From an uncultured Actinomycetes bacterium (GTDB taxonomy: Bacteria > Actinomycetota > UBA4738 > HRBIN12), in the NCBI GenBank assembly GCA_963704725.1, contig OY969934.1, positions 2,240,001 to 2,304,000 on the forward strand: a stretch of 64,000 bases of DNA, in the 5' to 3' direction. Shown piece by piece: positions 37,650-47,955 of the stretch. The stretch's first letter is position 1. Each line of letters begins with the position of its first letter. Made by a program: the position numbers and the translations under genes. Below the pieces are notes generated by a model that was given only the letters and a program-made list of their open reading frames with translations, was not told where the DNA came from and ran no database searches.

Positions 37650-39323
37650 GTGGTGCAGACGACTGGACAGCATTCGATCGGGCAGCGGAGTCTCCCGCGT
37701 CTGCGGCGGCGGCCCTCCGGCGAGGCCCCGCCCCTGCCCCACACGATCGGCAGGTCCGGCCGTCTGCTCCTGTCGCTCGTCGGCGTCGGCGCGGTCATCC
37801 TGCTCATCGCCGCACTCATGGGCCCGAGCGCCGCCGCGACCGACCGCTTCGAGACCTCCTTCCTTCGTTGGGTGGCGCGGTGGCGGTCCGATCCCCTCAC
37901 GGACCTGGCGCAGCTCGTCGACGGGATGGCCAGCCGGTGGCCCCTGCGTGTCCTTCGGTGGGGCACGATCCTCACCCTCATCATCGTGAAGCGGTGGCGG
38001 CACCTCCTCGTGTTCGTCGGCGCGCTGCTCGTGGTCGAGCTCATCACGTACGACCTGTCGCTGCTGTTCACGCGGTCCCGCCCGTTCGGCGTGGCGATCC
38101 TGACCGATTGGAACGGCTACTCCTTTCCCTCCCGGCCGATCGCCTCGCTGGCGGTGACCCTGTTCGGGATGACCTACGCGCTCGTCCCGGCGGGCCGTCC
38201 CCGGTTCCTGGCAGCGTGGACGTCGGGCGGTCTCGTCGCGGCCGTCTGGATGGCCCGGACGTACCTCGCCGTCGACCACCTCCCGGACCTGCTCGCCGGG
38301 GTGCTGATCGGCATGACCGTGCCGATCGTGGCGTTCCGATGGGTGACGCCGAACGACGTCTTCCCCGTCGCCTACCGCCGGGGCAAGACGGCCCATCTCG
38401 ACGTCACGGGTCGGCGAGGAGAGGCCATCGTGCACGCGGCGCAGGACCAGGTCGGCGTGAAGATCGTCGAGGTGAAGCCCGTGGGTCTGGAGGGATCGGG
38501 GGGGTCGACCCCACTGCGACTCACGCTGGAGGGCGAGGAGGGAGACCTGCGGCGGTACGCATTCGCCAAGCTCTACGCGAAGAACCACGTCCGCGCGGAC
38601 CGATGGTACAAGCTCGGCCGGCAGATCCTGTACGGGGCGCTCGAGGACGAGACGCCGTTCCAGACGGTGCGCCGGTTCGTCGAGTACGAGGACTACACCC
38701 TGCGGCTGATGGCCGATCACGGGCTCCCCACCCCCCGCTCCTTCGGCGTCGTCGAGATCACGCCTGAGCGTGAGTACATGATCGTGATGGAGTTCTTCCA
38801 GGGCGCGGTCGAGCTCGGCGACGCCGAGGTGACCGAGGACCTGATCGACCAGGGGATGGACCTGATCCGCCGGCTGTGGGAGTCCGGGCTCGCGCACCGG
38901 GACATCAAGCCCGCCAACCTGATGGTGCAGGACGGGGAGCTCCGCCTGATCGATGTCTTCTTCGTGCAGGTGCGCCCCTCGCCGTGGCGGCAGGCGGTCG
39001 ACCTGGCGAACATGATGCTGGTCCTGGCCCTTGGGTCGGACGCGCAGACCGTGTACCGCATCGCCCTGCGGCACTTCACGCCGGACGAGATCGCCGAGGC
39101 GTTCGCCGCGACCCGCGGTGTGGCCAGCCCGACCCAGGTCCGCGCGATGATGAAGCGCGACGGGCGCGACCTGGTCGCCGAGTTCCGCGCCCTCGCGCCG
39201 CACCGCGAACCGGTTCGGATCCAGCGGTGGAGCCTGCGGCGCCTCGCCCTCACGCTGTGGGTCTTCGCCGTCGCGTTCATCGCGTTCCTGATGGTCGCGA
39301 GCAACTGGGCGGTGTTCGCATGA
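37650..39323 (+). CDS. Degenerate PAP2 membrane domain fused to a protein-kinase-like domain
   Basis: PAP2 remnants (SRP, SFPSRP, ARTYLAVDHLPD); kinase GLEGSGGS, FAK, HRDIKPAN, IDVFF; C-terminal TM helix. Confidence 0.8.
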   Translation: MVQTTGQHSIGQRSLPRLRRRPSGEAPPLPHTIGRSGRLLLSLVGVGAVILLIAALMGPSAAATDRFETSFLRWVARWRSDPLTDLAQLVDGMASRWPLRVLRWGTILTLIIVKRWRHLLVFVGALLVVELITYDLSLLFTRSRPFGVAILTDWNGYSFPSRPIASLAVTLFGMTYALVPAGRPRFLAAWTSGGLVAAVWMARTYLAVDHLPDLLAGVLIGMTVPIVAFRWVTPNDVFPVAYRRGKTAHLDVTGRRGEAIVHAAQDQVGVKIVEVKPVGLEGSGGSTPLRLTLEGEEGDLRRYAFAKLYAKNHVRADRWYKLGRQILYGALEDETPFQTVRRFVEYEDYTLRLMADHGLPTPRSFGVVEITPEREYMIVMEFFQGAVELGDAEVTEDLIDQGMDLIRRLWESGLAHRDIKPANLMVQDGELRLIDVFFVQVRPSPWRQAVDLANMMLVLALGSDAQTVYRIALRHFTPDEIAEAFAATRGVASPTQVRAMMKRDGRDLVAEFRALAPHREPVRIQRWSLRRLALTLWVFAVAFIAFLMVASNWAVFA

Positions 39324-39883
39324 GGCGATGGCTCGCCGGGATCGCGCTGGCCGCCTCGGCGCTCCCCGCCTGCGTCCAGGCCAGCGACATCCGCCCCGAC
39401 TGCACGGCGGACGACCAGGTGTTCATCCTGGCGGCCCAGGCCGTCCCATCGGCCACGCTCCTGCCGTGCGTCGACACGCTGCTCACCGGATGGCGGTACG
39501 ACGGCCTGCAGACCGTCGACGGGGCGTTCCGGTTCTGGCTGGACTCCGACCGCGCGGGCCTGCGGGCGGTGAAGGTGGAGCTCACGGCGTCGTGCGACGT
39601 CACCGGCACGTTCGAGGACACGCCGTCTCCGGACGAGGCCGGGACGAGGCGTTTCGAGGACCCGATCTCCCTTTCGCCGACGTTCGCCGCCGACCGCCGC
39701 TACACGTTCCCGGGAGGATGCGTGACGGTGGAGTACCGGTTCGGACGCAACGACTCGACGCTGGTCCTGCAGGCCGACCAGGCGATCGGGTTCCGGCCCC
39801 GGCAGCCCATCGTCGACCGTCTCGAGGGTCTCGGGCTCGTCCTGTGCGGAGCCGGCGCGCCCGACTGCCCGGGAGGCGACTGA
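39320..39883 (+). CDS. Hypothetical Cys-rich lipoprotein
   Basis: ATGA-coupled to the kinase gene; lipobox LPAC; 6 further Cys. Confidence 0.75.
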   Translation: MRRWLAGIALAASALPACVQASDIRPDCTADDQVFILAAQAVPSATLLPCVDTLLTGWRYDGLQTVDGAFRFWLDSDRAGLRAVKVELTASCDVTGTFEDTPSPDEAGTRRFEDPISLSPTFAADRRYTFPGGCVTVEYRFGRNDSTLVLQADQAIGFRPRQPIVDRLEGLGLVLCGAGAPDCPGGD

Positions 39884-39886
39884 CTC

Positions 39887-40585
39887 GTGCTCACCAACCA
39901 CCGCAGGGCCCTGCTCTACGCCGCCGCCCTCCTGGCCGCGATGGCGATCGTGTTCGCCGGTGTCGGCCGGCACCCCCAGGGGACGGCGCCGGCGACGACG
40001 ATCCCGTTCATCGGACGGTGGGACCTCGCCGTGTACCACGGCGTCGACGACGTCCAGGGCGGCGTCCTCACGTTCGTCGCCAAGGCTCTGAACTTCGTAG
40101 GAGGCGGCGTCGTCACGATCCCGCTGCGGATCGCCGTCGCCGGGTGGCTGCTGCTCCGGACCCGGTGGCGGGCGTTGGCGTCGTGGGTCGGCACCTGGGC
40201 CGGCGCCGAGATCGCGCTGGCCTGGGCCAAGGCCTACTTCCACCGGGGACGGCCGCCGGGCTCGCTCGTCGACACCGTCGGGTTCTCGTTCCCCTCCGGG
40301 CACGCGGTGGCCGGAGCCGCCACGGCCGTGGCGCTCGTCCTGGTCCTGCTGCCCGCCGGCCCCGCCCGGCGCCGGTGGGAGTGGGCCGCACTCGCGTTCG
40401 CGTTCGTCATGGCCTCGTCCAGGGTGTACCTGCGGGCGCACTGGTCCTCCGACGTCGTGGCCGGAGTGCTGCTGGGTGCCGGGATCGCGCTGGGGGTCAC
40501 CGCGCTCGCCACCGAGGTTCGGGACCGGGTGCTCCATCGCGGTGCTCACCTGGACCCGGCCGGCGCCACCGCCGCGCCGACCTAG
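39887..40585 (+). CDS. PAP2-family lipid phosphatase
   Basis: Intact KAYFHRGRP, PSGH, SRVYLRAHWSSD. Confidence 0.9.
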   Translation: MLTNHRRALLYAAALLAAMAIVFAGVGRHPQGTAPATTIPFIGRWDLAVYHGVDDVQGGVLTFVAKALNFVGGGVVTIPLRIAVAGWLLLRTRWRALASWVGTWAGAEIALAWAKAYFHRGRPPGSLVDTVGFSFPSGHAVAGAATAVALVLVLLPAGPARRRWEWAALAFAFVMASSRVYLRAHWSSDVVAGVLLGAGIALGVTALATEVRDRVLHRGAHLDPAGATAAPT

Positions 40586-41703
40586 CCCGACGAGATCGCC
40601 GCCCGGTCGCGTCCTTCGTCGACCGGCTCTCGCCAGCCGGACCGGGCGCGCCACACCACGTAGGTGAACCCGCCGAGTGGGATCTGCACCCCGTAGGTGA
40701 GGACCCGGAACAGCAGGACGGCGGCGACCACCTGGGCTTCGTTCCCCCCCGCGGCGACCAGCCCGCCGATGTAGCCGAGCTCGATCACGCCGAGCCCGCC
40801 GGGGGTGATCGGGAGCGCCGTGAGGAGGCGGCCGAACGAGAAGACCGCCAGGACCTCGAGGGTCCCGACCTCCCGCTCCGAGATCCCCACGTGCCGCAGG
40901 GCCAGCAGCAGCACGAACCACAGCGCGAGGTGGGACAGGACCGTCGTCAGCGTGAGCGGCAGCCACCGACGCCCCACGAGCGCGATCGTGCGGTGACGGA
41001 ACTCCACCGCCTGGTCGCCCCAGGTGGTGATGGCCGGCTTGTGCAGGGGGCGGCGCACCGCCGAGACGATCCGGCCGAGCCGGGCCCCGATGCGGCGCGC
41101 GAACTCCCGCTTCCACAGGGCGAGGGCGAACAGCACGACCGCGATCGCCAGGACGGCCAGGCCGATCAGCGCGGCCGCCAGCAGCGCCGCGCTCGCCCGG
41201 CCCGTGATCGCGAGGAGCGCCAGGGCCACTATCGGCAACCCGAGCTTGAGGAAGACGTTCCAGACGCCCGTGACGCCCACGTAGAGCGCCACCTCGTGAC
41301 CGTCGAACCCCCACGAGCGCAGGATCGAGTAGGTCAGCCCGACCGCCACCGCGCCCCCGGCGGGGATCGTGTTCGCGACCGAGGTCGTCGTCTGGGTCAG
41401 GACAGCGGCCCTGCCCAGCGTCAGACCGGGCAGGGCCGACATGTTCGCCAACCAGTAGGTCACGAGGTTGAAGACCGTCGCGGCCAGGATCGTCGAGAGC
41501 TCGATCGGCGTGAGATTCGCGATCGTCGCCCACACCTCGGAGTAGTCGGCGATCCGGGGGATGGCGTAGACGAAGATCGCGACGACGATCACGAGCGAGA
41601 CGACGCCCTGCAGGATCCGCTTCGCCGGCAGCCGTCTCGCCGCCCGCGGGCGTGCCTCGGTCCCGGTCTGCGCCCCGGCTTCGATGGCTCCCCGCTCCGT
41701 CAT
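40582..41703 (-). CDS. Lysylphosphatidylglycerol-synthase TM / YbhN (UPF0104) flippase-like protein
   Basis: Polytopic; ANTIPAGG, PITPGGLGVIE, VLLFRVLTY; ATG overlaps the truB stop. Confidence 0.85.
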   Translation of the reverse strand: MTERGAIEAGAQTGTEARPRAARRLPAKRILQGVVSLVIVVAIFVYAIPRIADYSEVWATIANLTPIELSTILAATVFNLVTYWLANMSALPGLTLGRAAVLTQTTTSVANTIPAGGAVAVGLTYSILRSWGFDGHEVALYVGVTGVWNVFLKLGLPIVALALLAITGRASAALLAAALIGLAVLAIAVVLFALALWKREFARRIGARLGRIVSAVRRPLHKPAITTWGDQAVEFRHRTIALVGRRWLPLTLTTVLSHLALWFVLLLALRHVGISEREVGTLEVLAVFSFGRLLTALPITPGGLGVIELGYIGGLVAAGGNEAQVVAAVLLFRVLTYGVQIPLGGFTYVVWRARSGWREPVDEGRDRAAISSG

Positions 41704-42548
41704 CCGGGGAGTATGACCTCCGGATGGGCCTTCGCCCCGTCGTCGCGGTAGATCCCGATCAGGTGGCCGTCGGGGCCGAGCACCGCGTAGGGCCCAGCGA
41801 TGCCGGCGGGCCCCAGGATGCTCCCGTGTGAGGCAACCCGAGCCTCCTCGGGCGGCAGGTCCACCCGGGGGAGGTGCGCGACCGCCGCCTCCAGCGGGGC
41901 GGGGACCAGCTCGCCGGAGGGCGCGACGGCGTCCTCGACCAGGTAGGGGCCGATCCTCGTGCGGCGCAGACGAGCCAGGTGCGCGCCGCATCCGAGCGCC
42001 GTACCGATGTCGGCGATCAGGACGCGGACGTACGTCCCCCCCGAGCACGTGACCGAGAACTCGACGTCGTCCCCATCGACCGCCACGACCGCGAACGCGT
42101 CGACGTGGACGGGACGGGCCGGCGCCTCGAGCGGGTGGCCGGCGCGAGCCGCCTCGTACAGCTTGCGGCCGCCGACCTTGACCGCCGAGTAGGCGGGAGG
42201 CCGCTGCAGCGAGTCGCCGACGAGCGCGGCGAACGCCGCGTCGAGCTCGGGAGGCTCGACCGAGACCGGCGACGATCGGACCACCGAACCCTCGGCGTCG
42301 AGCGTGTCCGTTTCGACGCCCAACCGGGCCGTCCCCTCGTACGTCTTGGGCAGCTCACCGAAGAAGCGGAGCAGCCGGGTGGCGCGCCCCACGCCGACCA
42401 GCAGCAGCCCGGTGGCCATCGGGTCGAGCGTCCCGGCGTGGCCCACCTTGCGCGTGTGGAGCGCGCGGCGCACGACGTCCACGACGTCGTGGGACGTCAC
42501 GCCCCCCGGCTTGTCGACGAGCAGGAGCCCGTCCGGTCCGGTCGGCAT
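41700..42548 (-). CDS. truB: tRNA pseudouridine(55) synthase
   Basis: DKPGGVTSHD, GHAGTLDP, SGGTYVR. Confidence 0.97.
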   Translation of the reverse strand: MPTGPDGLLLVDKPGGVTSHDVVDVVRRALHTRKVGHAGTLDPMATGLLLVGVGRATRLLRFFGELPKTYEGTARLGVETDTLDAEGSVVRSSPVSVEPPELDAAFAALVGDSLQRPPAYSAVKVGGRKLYEAARAGHPLEAPARPVHVDAFAVVAVDGDDVEFSVTCSGGTYVRVLIADIGTALGCGAHLARLRRTRIGPYLVEDAVAPSGELVPAPLEAAVAHLPRVDLPPEEARVASHGSILGPAGIAGPYAVLGPDGHLIGIYRDDGAKAHPEVILPG

Positions 42549-42558
42549 GACGCCGACG

Positions 42559-43554
42559 CTACCGCGCCGAGCGGTCGGGGCGGGCGCCGTCGCCGCGGAG
42601 CGCGGTCTTCAGACGCTCGACCGTCTCGGTCAGGCCGTGCGCCGACGTGTAGCCGGCGGCGAGGCGGTGGCCGCCCCCACCGAACGACGCCGAGACCGCG
42701 GCCACGTCGTGGTGCCCCTTCGAACGCAGGCTGACCTTGAACCGGCCGTCCCGCTGCTGCTTGACGACCGCGGTGACGTCGGCCTCGCGCGCGGTGCGCA
42801 CCACGTCGATCAGGTCGTCGGTCTCGCTCGGGTGGACGCCCGCCGTGGCCAGGTCGGCCTGCGTGAGGTAGCTCCATACGAGGTCGGCGTCGGGCTCGAG
42901 CTCGATGCGCTCCAGCGCCACGCCGAGCAGCCGCAGGTACGCGAGCGCGTTGTCCTCGTAGAGCGCCTGGACGAGCCGCGTGTGCTCGAACGGGTACTCC
43001 CGCAGCTCGGCGCCCAGGCGCAGGGTGTCGGGCGTGACGGCCTGGTACTGGAACCGGCCGGTGTCCGTCACGACCCCGGCATACAGGCAGATCGCGCTCT
43101 CGAGCGGGATCTCCCCGCCCAGCTCCCTCAGCAGCCGCCACACCATCTCCGCCGTCGAGCTCGCCTTGGGATCGATCAGCGGGATCGTGCCCAGGCCCTC
43201 GTTGCTCACGTGATGGTCGATCCAGATGAGCGTCTTGGAGCGAACGGCCGCCGGTGCGAGCATGCCGAGCCGGTCCATCGACGCGACGTCGCACGTCACC
43301 ATGACGGCCGGCTCCTTGGGGAACTCCCGCGGAGGGACCAGGGTCTCGTGGCCCGGCAGCATGACGGCCCAGCGCGGCGGGTCGAACGGCTCGTTGGGGA
43401 ACGAGCAGATCGTCTCCTTCCCCCGCCCGCGGAGGTAGTTCGACAGCCCGAGCATCGAGCCGATCGCGTCCGCGTCCGGGTTCACGTGGCAGGCGATCGC
43501 GATCGTCGTGGCCTCCTCGAGCGCGATCGCCGCGCGCTGCAGCGGCCCGTTCAC
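42559..43554 (-). CDS. nrnA: DHH-family oligoribonuclease/pAp phosphatase
   Basis: HVNPDAD, IDHH, TDTG, GGGH. Confidence 0.88.
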   Translation of the reverse strand: MNGPLQRAAIALEEATTIAIACHVNPDADAIGSMLGLSNYLRGRGKETICSFPNEPFDPPRWAVMLPGHETLVPPREFPKEPAVMVTCDVASMDRLGMLAPAAVRSKTLIWIDHHVSNEGLGTIPLIDPKASSTAEMVWRLLRELGGEIPLESAICLYAGVVTDTGRFQYQAVTPDTLRLGAELREYPFEHTRLVQALYEDNALAYLRLLGVALERIELEPDADLVWSYLTQADLATAGVHPSETDDLIDVVRTAREADVTAVVKQQRDGRFKVSLRSKGHHDVAAVSASFGGGGHRLAAGYTSAHGLTETVERLKTALRGDGARPDRSAR

Positions 43555-43901
43555 CGCTCGTCCTCGTGGATCTTCTCGATGAGCGATTCGATGCGGTCCA
43601 CGGTCTGCAGCGTCTCGTCCTCCTCGAACTCCAGCTCCGGCAGCACCTTCATCCGCACCTGGCGGCCGACCACGTTCCGCAGGTGGCCGCGCGCCGAGCC
43701 CAGGGCGGCTCGCGTGGCACGCCTGGCCTTCTCGTCTCCGAGCGACGTGTAGAGGACCCTGGCCCGGCGCAGGTCCGGCGTCACCCGCACGCCGATCACC
43801 GTGACGAACCCCACGCGGGGATCCTTCAGCTTGGGGATCTCCTCCGCCAGGATCTCCCGGAACTCCTCCGACACCCGGCTCGGACGGCCTCCCTCGGTCA
43901 T
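43551..43901 (-). CDS. rbfA: Ribosome-binding factor A
   Basis: LKDPRVGFVT...TPDLRRA...PELEF; synteny. Confidence 0.95.
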   Translation of the reverse strand: MTEGGRPSRVSEEFREILAEEIPKLKDPRVGFVTVIGVRVTPDLRRARVLYTSLGDEKARRATRAALGSARGHLRNVVGRQVRMKVLPELEFEEDETLQTVDRIESLIEKIHEDER

Positions 43902-43905
43902 CTGT

Positions 43906-44199
43906 TCACTCGTCCGGGTAGTGCAGCGTGAGCTCGGCGTCGATGAGCTCGACCTCGGCCCAGCGGTCGACGAGCTTCTCGACCTCGTGTAGGACCCGCT
44001 TGGCGTGGTAGCTCTCCCCCGCGGCCACGGCCACGGCGAGCGCGGTCCGCTGCCACAGGTCGTGGTGGTCGACCTCGGCCACGGAGACGTTGAACTTCGA
44101 CCGGATGGCGTTCGTGAGCGTCTTCACGACGTGGCGCTTCTCCTTGAGCGAGCCGCAGGCGGGGATCCGCAGGTCGAACCGTTCGAGGGCGACGAGCAT
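43906..44199 (-). CDS. DUF503 (YlxP) family protein
   Basis: SLKEKR...KFNVSVAEVDHHDLWQR; lies between infB and rbfA. Confidence 0.92.
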   Translation of the reverse strand: MLVALERFDLRIPACGSLKEKRHVVKTLTNAIRSKFNVSVAEVDHHDLWQRTALAVAVAAGESYHAKRVLHEVEKLVDRWAEVELIDAELTLHYPDE

Positions 44200-44217
44200 C
44201 GCGTGCGCCTCCGGCGG

Positions 44218-46365
44218 CTAGAGCTCTCGGGCGACCTCGCTGACCTCGTAGGCCTCGATCAGGTCGCCCTCGTGGACGTCGTTGAAGTTCTCGATCCCGA
44301 TGCCGCACTCGTACCCCTCGGCGACCTCCCGCACGTCGTCCTTGAACCGGCGCAGCGATCCGATCCGGCTGTCGTAGACCACGACGCCGTCGCGGACCAC
44401 CCGGGCCCGGGCGTTGCGCACGATCGTGCCCCGCGTGACGTAGCTCCCCGCGACGACGCCGATCCTCGGCACCCGGAACAGCGCCCGCACCTCGGCCGCC
44501 CCCAGCTCGGTCTCCCGTTCCTCCGGCGTCAGCAGCCCGGACAGGGCGCCGCGGATGTCGTCGATCGCGTCGTAGATCACCCGGTACAGACGGACGTCGA
44601 CGCCCTCCTTCTCGGCGAGCTCGCGGGCCTGCACGTCGGGCCGGACGTTGAACCCCACGACGATCGCGTGCGAGGTGAGCGCGAGGTTGATGTCGCTCTC
44701 GGTGATGGCGCCGGCGGCGCTGCGGAGCACGTTCACGCGGACCTCGTCCTGCGGCAGCTTGGCGAACGCGTCCACCAGCGCGCCGATCGAGCCCTGCACG
44801 TCCGCCTTCACGATGAGGTTGAGCTCGGGCACCTCGTCGCGCCGGGCCTGGGCCATGAGCTCCTGCAGCGTGGGCGGCCGCGCCGTGACGAGCTCGGCCG
44901 CGCGGATCTTGGCCTCGCGCTCCTGGACGATGTGGCGCGCCGCGCGATCGTCGTCCACCTCGCGGACCTCGTCGCCGGCGGCGGGCGTCGCCGACCAACC
45001 CAGGATCTGCACCGGCTTGCTCGGCCCCGCCTGCTTCACCTGGAGGCCGTTCTCGTCGAGCATGGCGCGGATCTTGGCCCAGGCCACACCGGAGACGAGC
45101 GTGTCCCCCACGTCGAGCGTGCCGCGCTGCACGAGCACGGACGCAACCGGGCCGCGACCCTTGTCGAGGTGCGCCTCCAGCACGGTCCCCCGGGCGCGCC
45201 CCTCGGGGTCGCCCTTCAGCTCCTCGAGGTCGGCCACGAGCAGGATCGTCTCGAGCAGGCTCTCCAGGTTGGTGCGCGCCTTCGCCGACACGTCGACGAA
45301 CTCGTACGTCCCACCCCACTCGGACGGGACCACGCCCTGCTCGACGAGCTGCTGCCGCACCCGGGTTGCATCTGCCTCCGGCTTGTCGATCTTGTTGACG
45401 GCCACGATGATCGGGACGCCGGCCGCCTTGACGTGGTCGAGCGCCTCGATCGTCTGCGGCTTCACCCCGTCGTCCGCCGCGACCACCAGGACCGCGATGT
45501 CGGTGACCAGGGCGCCGCGCGCCCGCATCGCCGTGAACGCCTCGTGACCCGGGGTGTCGATGAACGTGACCTCGCGCCCGTCCACGTGCACCTGATAGGC
45601 ACCGATGTGCTGCGTGATACCGCCGAACTCCCCACCGGCGACGTCGGTCTTGCGGATCGCGTCCAGGAGCAGCGTCTTGCCGTGGTCGACGTGCCCCATG
45701 ATCGTGACGACCGGGGCGCGCGGGACCAGCCGGCTCTCGTCGACCGGCTCCTCCTCGCCCTGCTCTTCCTCCTCGACGCCGACGATCTCCGCCTCGAACC
45801 CGAGCTCCGCCGCCACCAGCGAGATGGCGACGTCGGACAGCGACTGCGAGGCCGTGGCCATCTCGCCCAGCCCGATCAGCGTCTTCACGACATCGGCGAC
45901 GGAGCGTTCCGACTTGTCCGCGATCTCCTGCGGCGTCGCGCCGTGCACCACCTTGAGCACAGGTCGGCCGGAGGTAGGTACGGGCGCGGCTTCGGCCGTT
46001 GCCGGCTGGACCGAGGTCGCCGGGGTGGCGGCCGGGGCCGGAGCTCCGGCCTCCACACCGCCGCCGGCCTCGGCGGGGGTGGTCGCTCCAGCCGGGGCGG
46101 GTCGTGCGGGCGGCGCAGAGTCGGACTCCGCTGCGACCCCGACCGCCTTCGGCTTCTTCGGGCGCGGCTTCGGGAGGGGCTCCTCGACGGCCTCCTTCAT
46201 CTTCGCTTCGGGCACGGCTTTGCCGCCCGAAGCTCGAAGTCGGGGGACGGCCTGGTCGGGGACGGAGGAGGACGCCGTCAATCCGTCGACGCCCATCTCC
46301 TTCAGCGCCGCGACGAGCTCCTTGCTCGCGACGCCGAGCTCCTTGGCCAGCTCGTGAACCCTCAA
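44218..46365 (-). CDS. infB: Translation initiation factor IF-2
   Basis: RVHELAKELG, GHVDHGKT, DTPGH, NKID. Confidence 0.98.
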   Translation of the reverse strand: MRVHELAKELGVASKELVAALKEMGVDGLTASSSVPDQAVPRLRASGGKAVPEAKMKEAVEEPLPKPRPKKPKAVGVAAESDSAPPARPAPAGATTPAEAGGGVEAGAPAPAATPATSVQPATAEAAPVPTSGRPVLKVVHGATPQEIADKSERSVADVVKTLIGLGEMATASQSLSDVAISLVAAELGFEAEIVGVEEEEQGEEEPVDESRLVPRAPVVTIMGHVDHGKTLLLDAIRKTDVAGGEFGGITQHIGAYQVHVDGREVTFIDTPGHEAFTAMRARGALVTDIAVLVVAADDGVKPQTIEALDHVKAAGVPIIVAVNKIDKPEADATRVRQQLVEQGVVPSEWGGTYEFVDVSAKARTNLESLLETILLVADLEELKGDPEGRARGTVLEAHLDKGRGPVASVLVQRGTLDVGDTLVSGVAWAKIRAMLDENGLQVKQAGPSKPVQILGWSATPAAGDEVREVDDDRAARHIVQEREAKIRAAELVTARPPTLQELMAQARRDEVPELNLIVKADVQGSIGALVDAFAKLPQDEVRVNVLRSAAGAITESDINLALTSHAIVVGFNVRPDVQARELAEKEGVDVRLYRVIYDAIDDIRGALSGLLTPEERETELGAAEVRALFRVPRIGVVAGSYVTRGTIVRNARARVVRDGVVVYDSRIGSLRRFKDDVREVAEGYECGIGIENFNDVHEGDLIEAYEVSEVAREL

Positions 46366-46637
46366 ATCCTGGATGCCTCCTCGATGTCCCGCCTAAGCCT
46401 AGCCGCTCCGTCCTGGTCCGCCCCGGTCTTGAGCGCTCGCCACAGCGCGCCGCGCCTGAGTGCCGCATCCACGCATGCCGGGTCGCGATGCACGTACGCC
46501 CCGCGACCGGGCTCGCGTCCCGCTCGGTCGACCGCCACCGATCCGTCCGGCCGACGCGCGACCCGCAACAGATCGCGCTTCGACCCCGTGCTCCGGCATC
46601 CCACGCACGTCCGCTCCGGCTCGCGCGAGGCCGCCAT
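46362..46637 (-). CDS. ylxR: YlxR (DUF448) RNA-binding protein
   Basis: PERTCVGC, GRGAYV. Confidence 0.92.
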   Translation of the reverse strand: MAASREPERTCVGCRSTGSKRDLLRVARRPDGSVAVDRAGREPGRGAYVHRDPACVDAALRRGALWRALKTGADQDGAARLRRDIEEASRI

Positions 46638-46640
46638 CGA

Positions 46641-47954
46641 TCAGGCCTCCGCAGGCTCCTCGGTCGGCGCCGCGGGCTCCTCCGTCGGCTCGGTGACCTC
46701 AGCCTCTTCAGCAGCGTCACCGGCGACCGGCGCAGTCACGTCGACCACGTCGCCCGAGGCCGGTGGGGTCGGGGCGGAGTCCGACTCTCCGCCGCCGGCA
46801 GAACCCTCACCCGCAGAAGCGGCCTCGCCCGCCGAGGCCGGCGGCGGTGCGGAGGACGGAGCCCCGACCCCACCGGCCGCCCCCGCCGAAGCCACCGCTC
46901 GAGCCCCGCGCTGCTCGTCGGCGAACTGCGTCTCGCTCTTGATGTCGATCCGCCACCCGGTCAGCCGGGCCGCGAGCCGTGCGTTCTGGCCCTCCTTGCC
47001 GATCGCCAGCGAGAGCTGGTAGTCGGGCACGATCACCAGCGCCGTCGCCGTGCCCGGATCCACGCGCGCCTCCTTGACCTTGGCCGGCTGGAGCGCGTTG
47101 GCGACCAGGGCCGAGGCATCCGCGCTCCACGGGACGACGTCGATCTTCTCCCCGCGGAGCTCGGTGACGACGTTGCGGACGCGCGATCCCTTCGGGCCGA
47201 CGCACGCGCCGACCGGGTCGACCGCCGGCTCGTTGGAGGCGACGGCGATCTTGGACCGGTGGCCCGGCTCGCGCGCGACCGCCTTGATCTCGACGATGCC
47301 CTCCACGATCTCGGGCACCTCCAGCTCGAACAGCTTCTTCAGCAACCCGGGGTGGGTTCGCGACACGACGATCTGCGGACCCTTCGTACCCTTGCGGACC
47401 TCGGTGATGTACGCCTTGAGGCGTTCGCCGTTGCGGTAGGGCTCCGAGGGAACCTGCTCGGCCTGCGGCAGGAGCGCCTCGACCTTGCCGAGGTCGAGCA
47501 ACGTGTACCGGCGCTCGGACTGCTGGACGATGCCCGTGACGACGTCGCCCTCACGGCCCGCGAACTCCTCGTAGGTCATCTCGCGCTCTGCGTCGCGGAG
47601 CTTCTGGAAGATCACCTGCTTCGCCGTCTGGGCTCCGATGCGACCCTTGAACTCGTCGGTGACCTCCACCTCCTCCTCGGACAGGAGATTGTGCTCAGTA
47701 GTGATCTCGCCGGACTCCTCGTCTTCGTGCTCGATCTCCTCGAGCTGCTGCAGCCACACCCGGAGGTCCCCGGACTCGGGATCGATCTTGGCGCGAACGC
47801 CGAACGTGGACTCGTCGAGCTCAGGATGCTGCTGCTTCCACCACGACTTGTAGGCGGACGCCATCGCCTCCTCGAGTCCCGCAAGGATCGTCTCGAAGGC
47901 GATGCCCTTCTCCCGCTCCAGCTCGCGGAGCGCCGCGATCATCTCCTGGTTCAT
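46641..47954 (-). CDS. nusA: Transcription factor NusA
   Basis: AQTAKQVI, AREPG.RSK, SLAIGKEGQNARLA. Confidence 0.97.
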   Translation of the reverse strand: MNQEMIAALRELEREKGIAFETILAGLEEAMASAYKSWWKQQHPELDESTFGVRAKIDPESGDLRVWLQQLEEIEHEDEESGEITTEHNLLSEEEVEVTDEFKGRIGAQTAKQVIFQKLRDAEREMTYEEFAGREGDVVTGIVQQSERRYTLLDLGKVEALLPQAEQVPSEPYRNGERLKAYITEVRKGTKGPQIVVSRTHPGLLKKLFELEVPEIVEGIVEIKAVAREPGHRSKIAVASNEPAVDPVGACVGPKGSRVRNVVTELRGEKIDVVPWSADASALVANALQPAKVKEARVDPGTATALVIVPDYQLSLAIGKEGQNARLAARLTGWRIDIKSETQFADEQRGARAVASAGAAGGVGAPSSAPPPASAGEAASAGEGSAGGGESDSAPTPPASGDVVDVTAPVAGDAAEEAEVTEPTEEPAAPTEEPAEA

Positions 47955-47955
47955 C

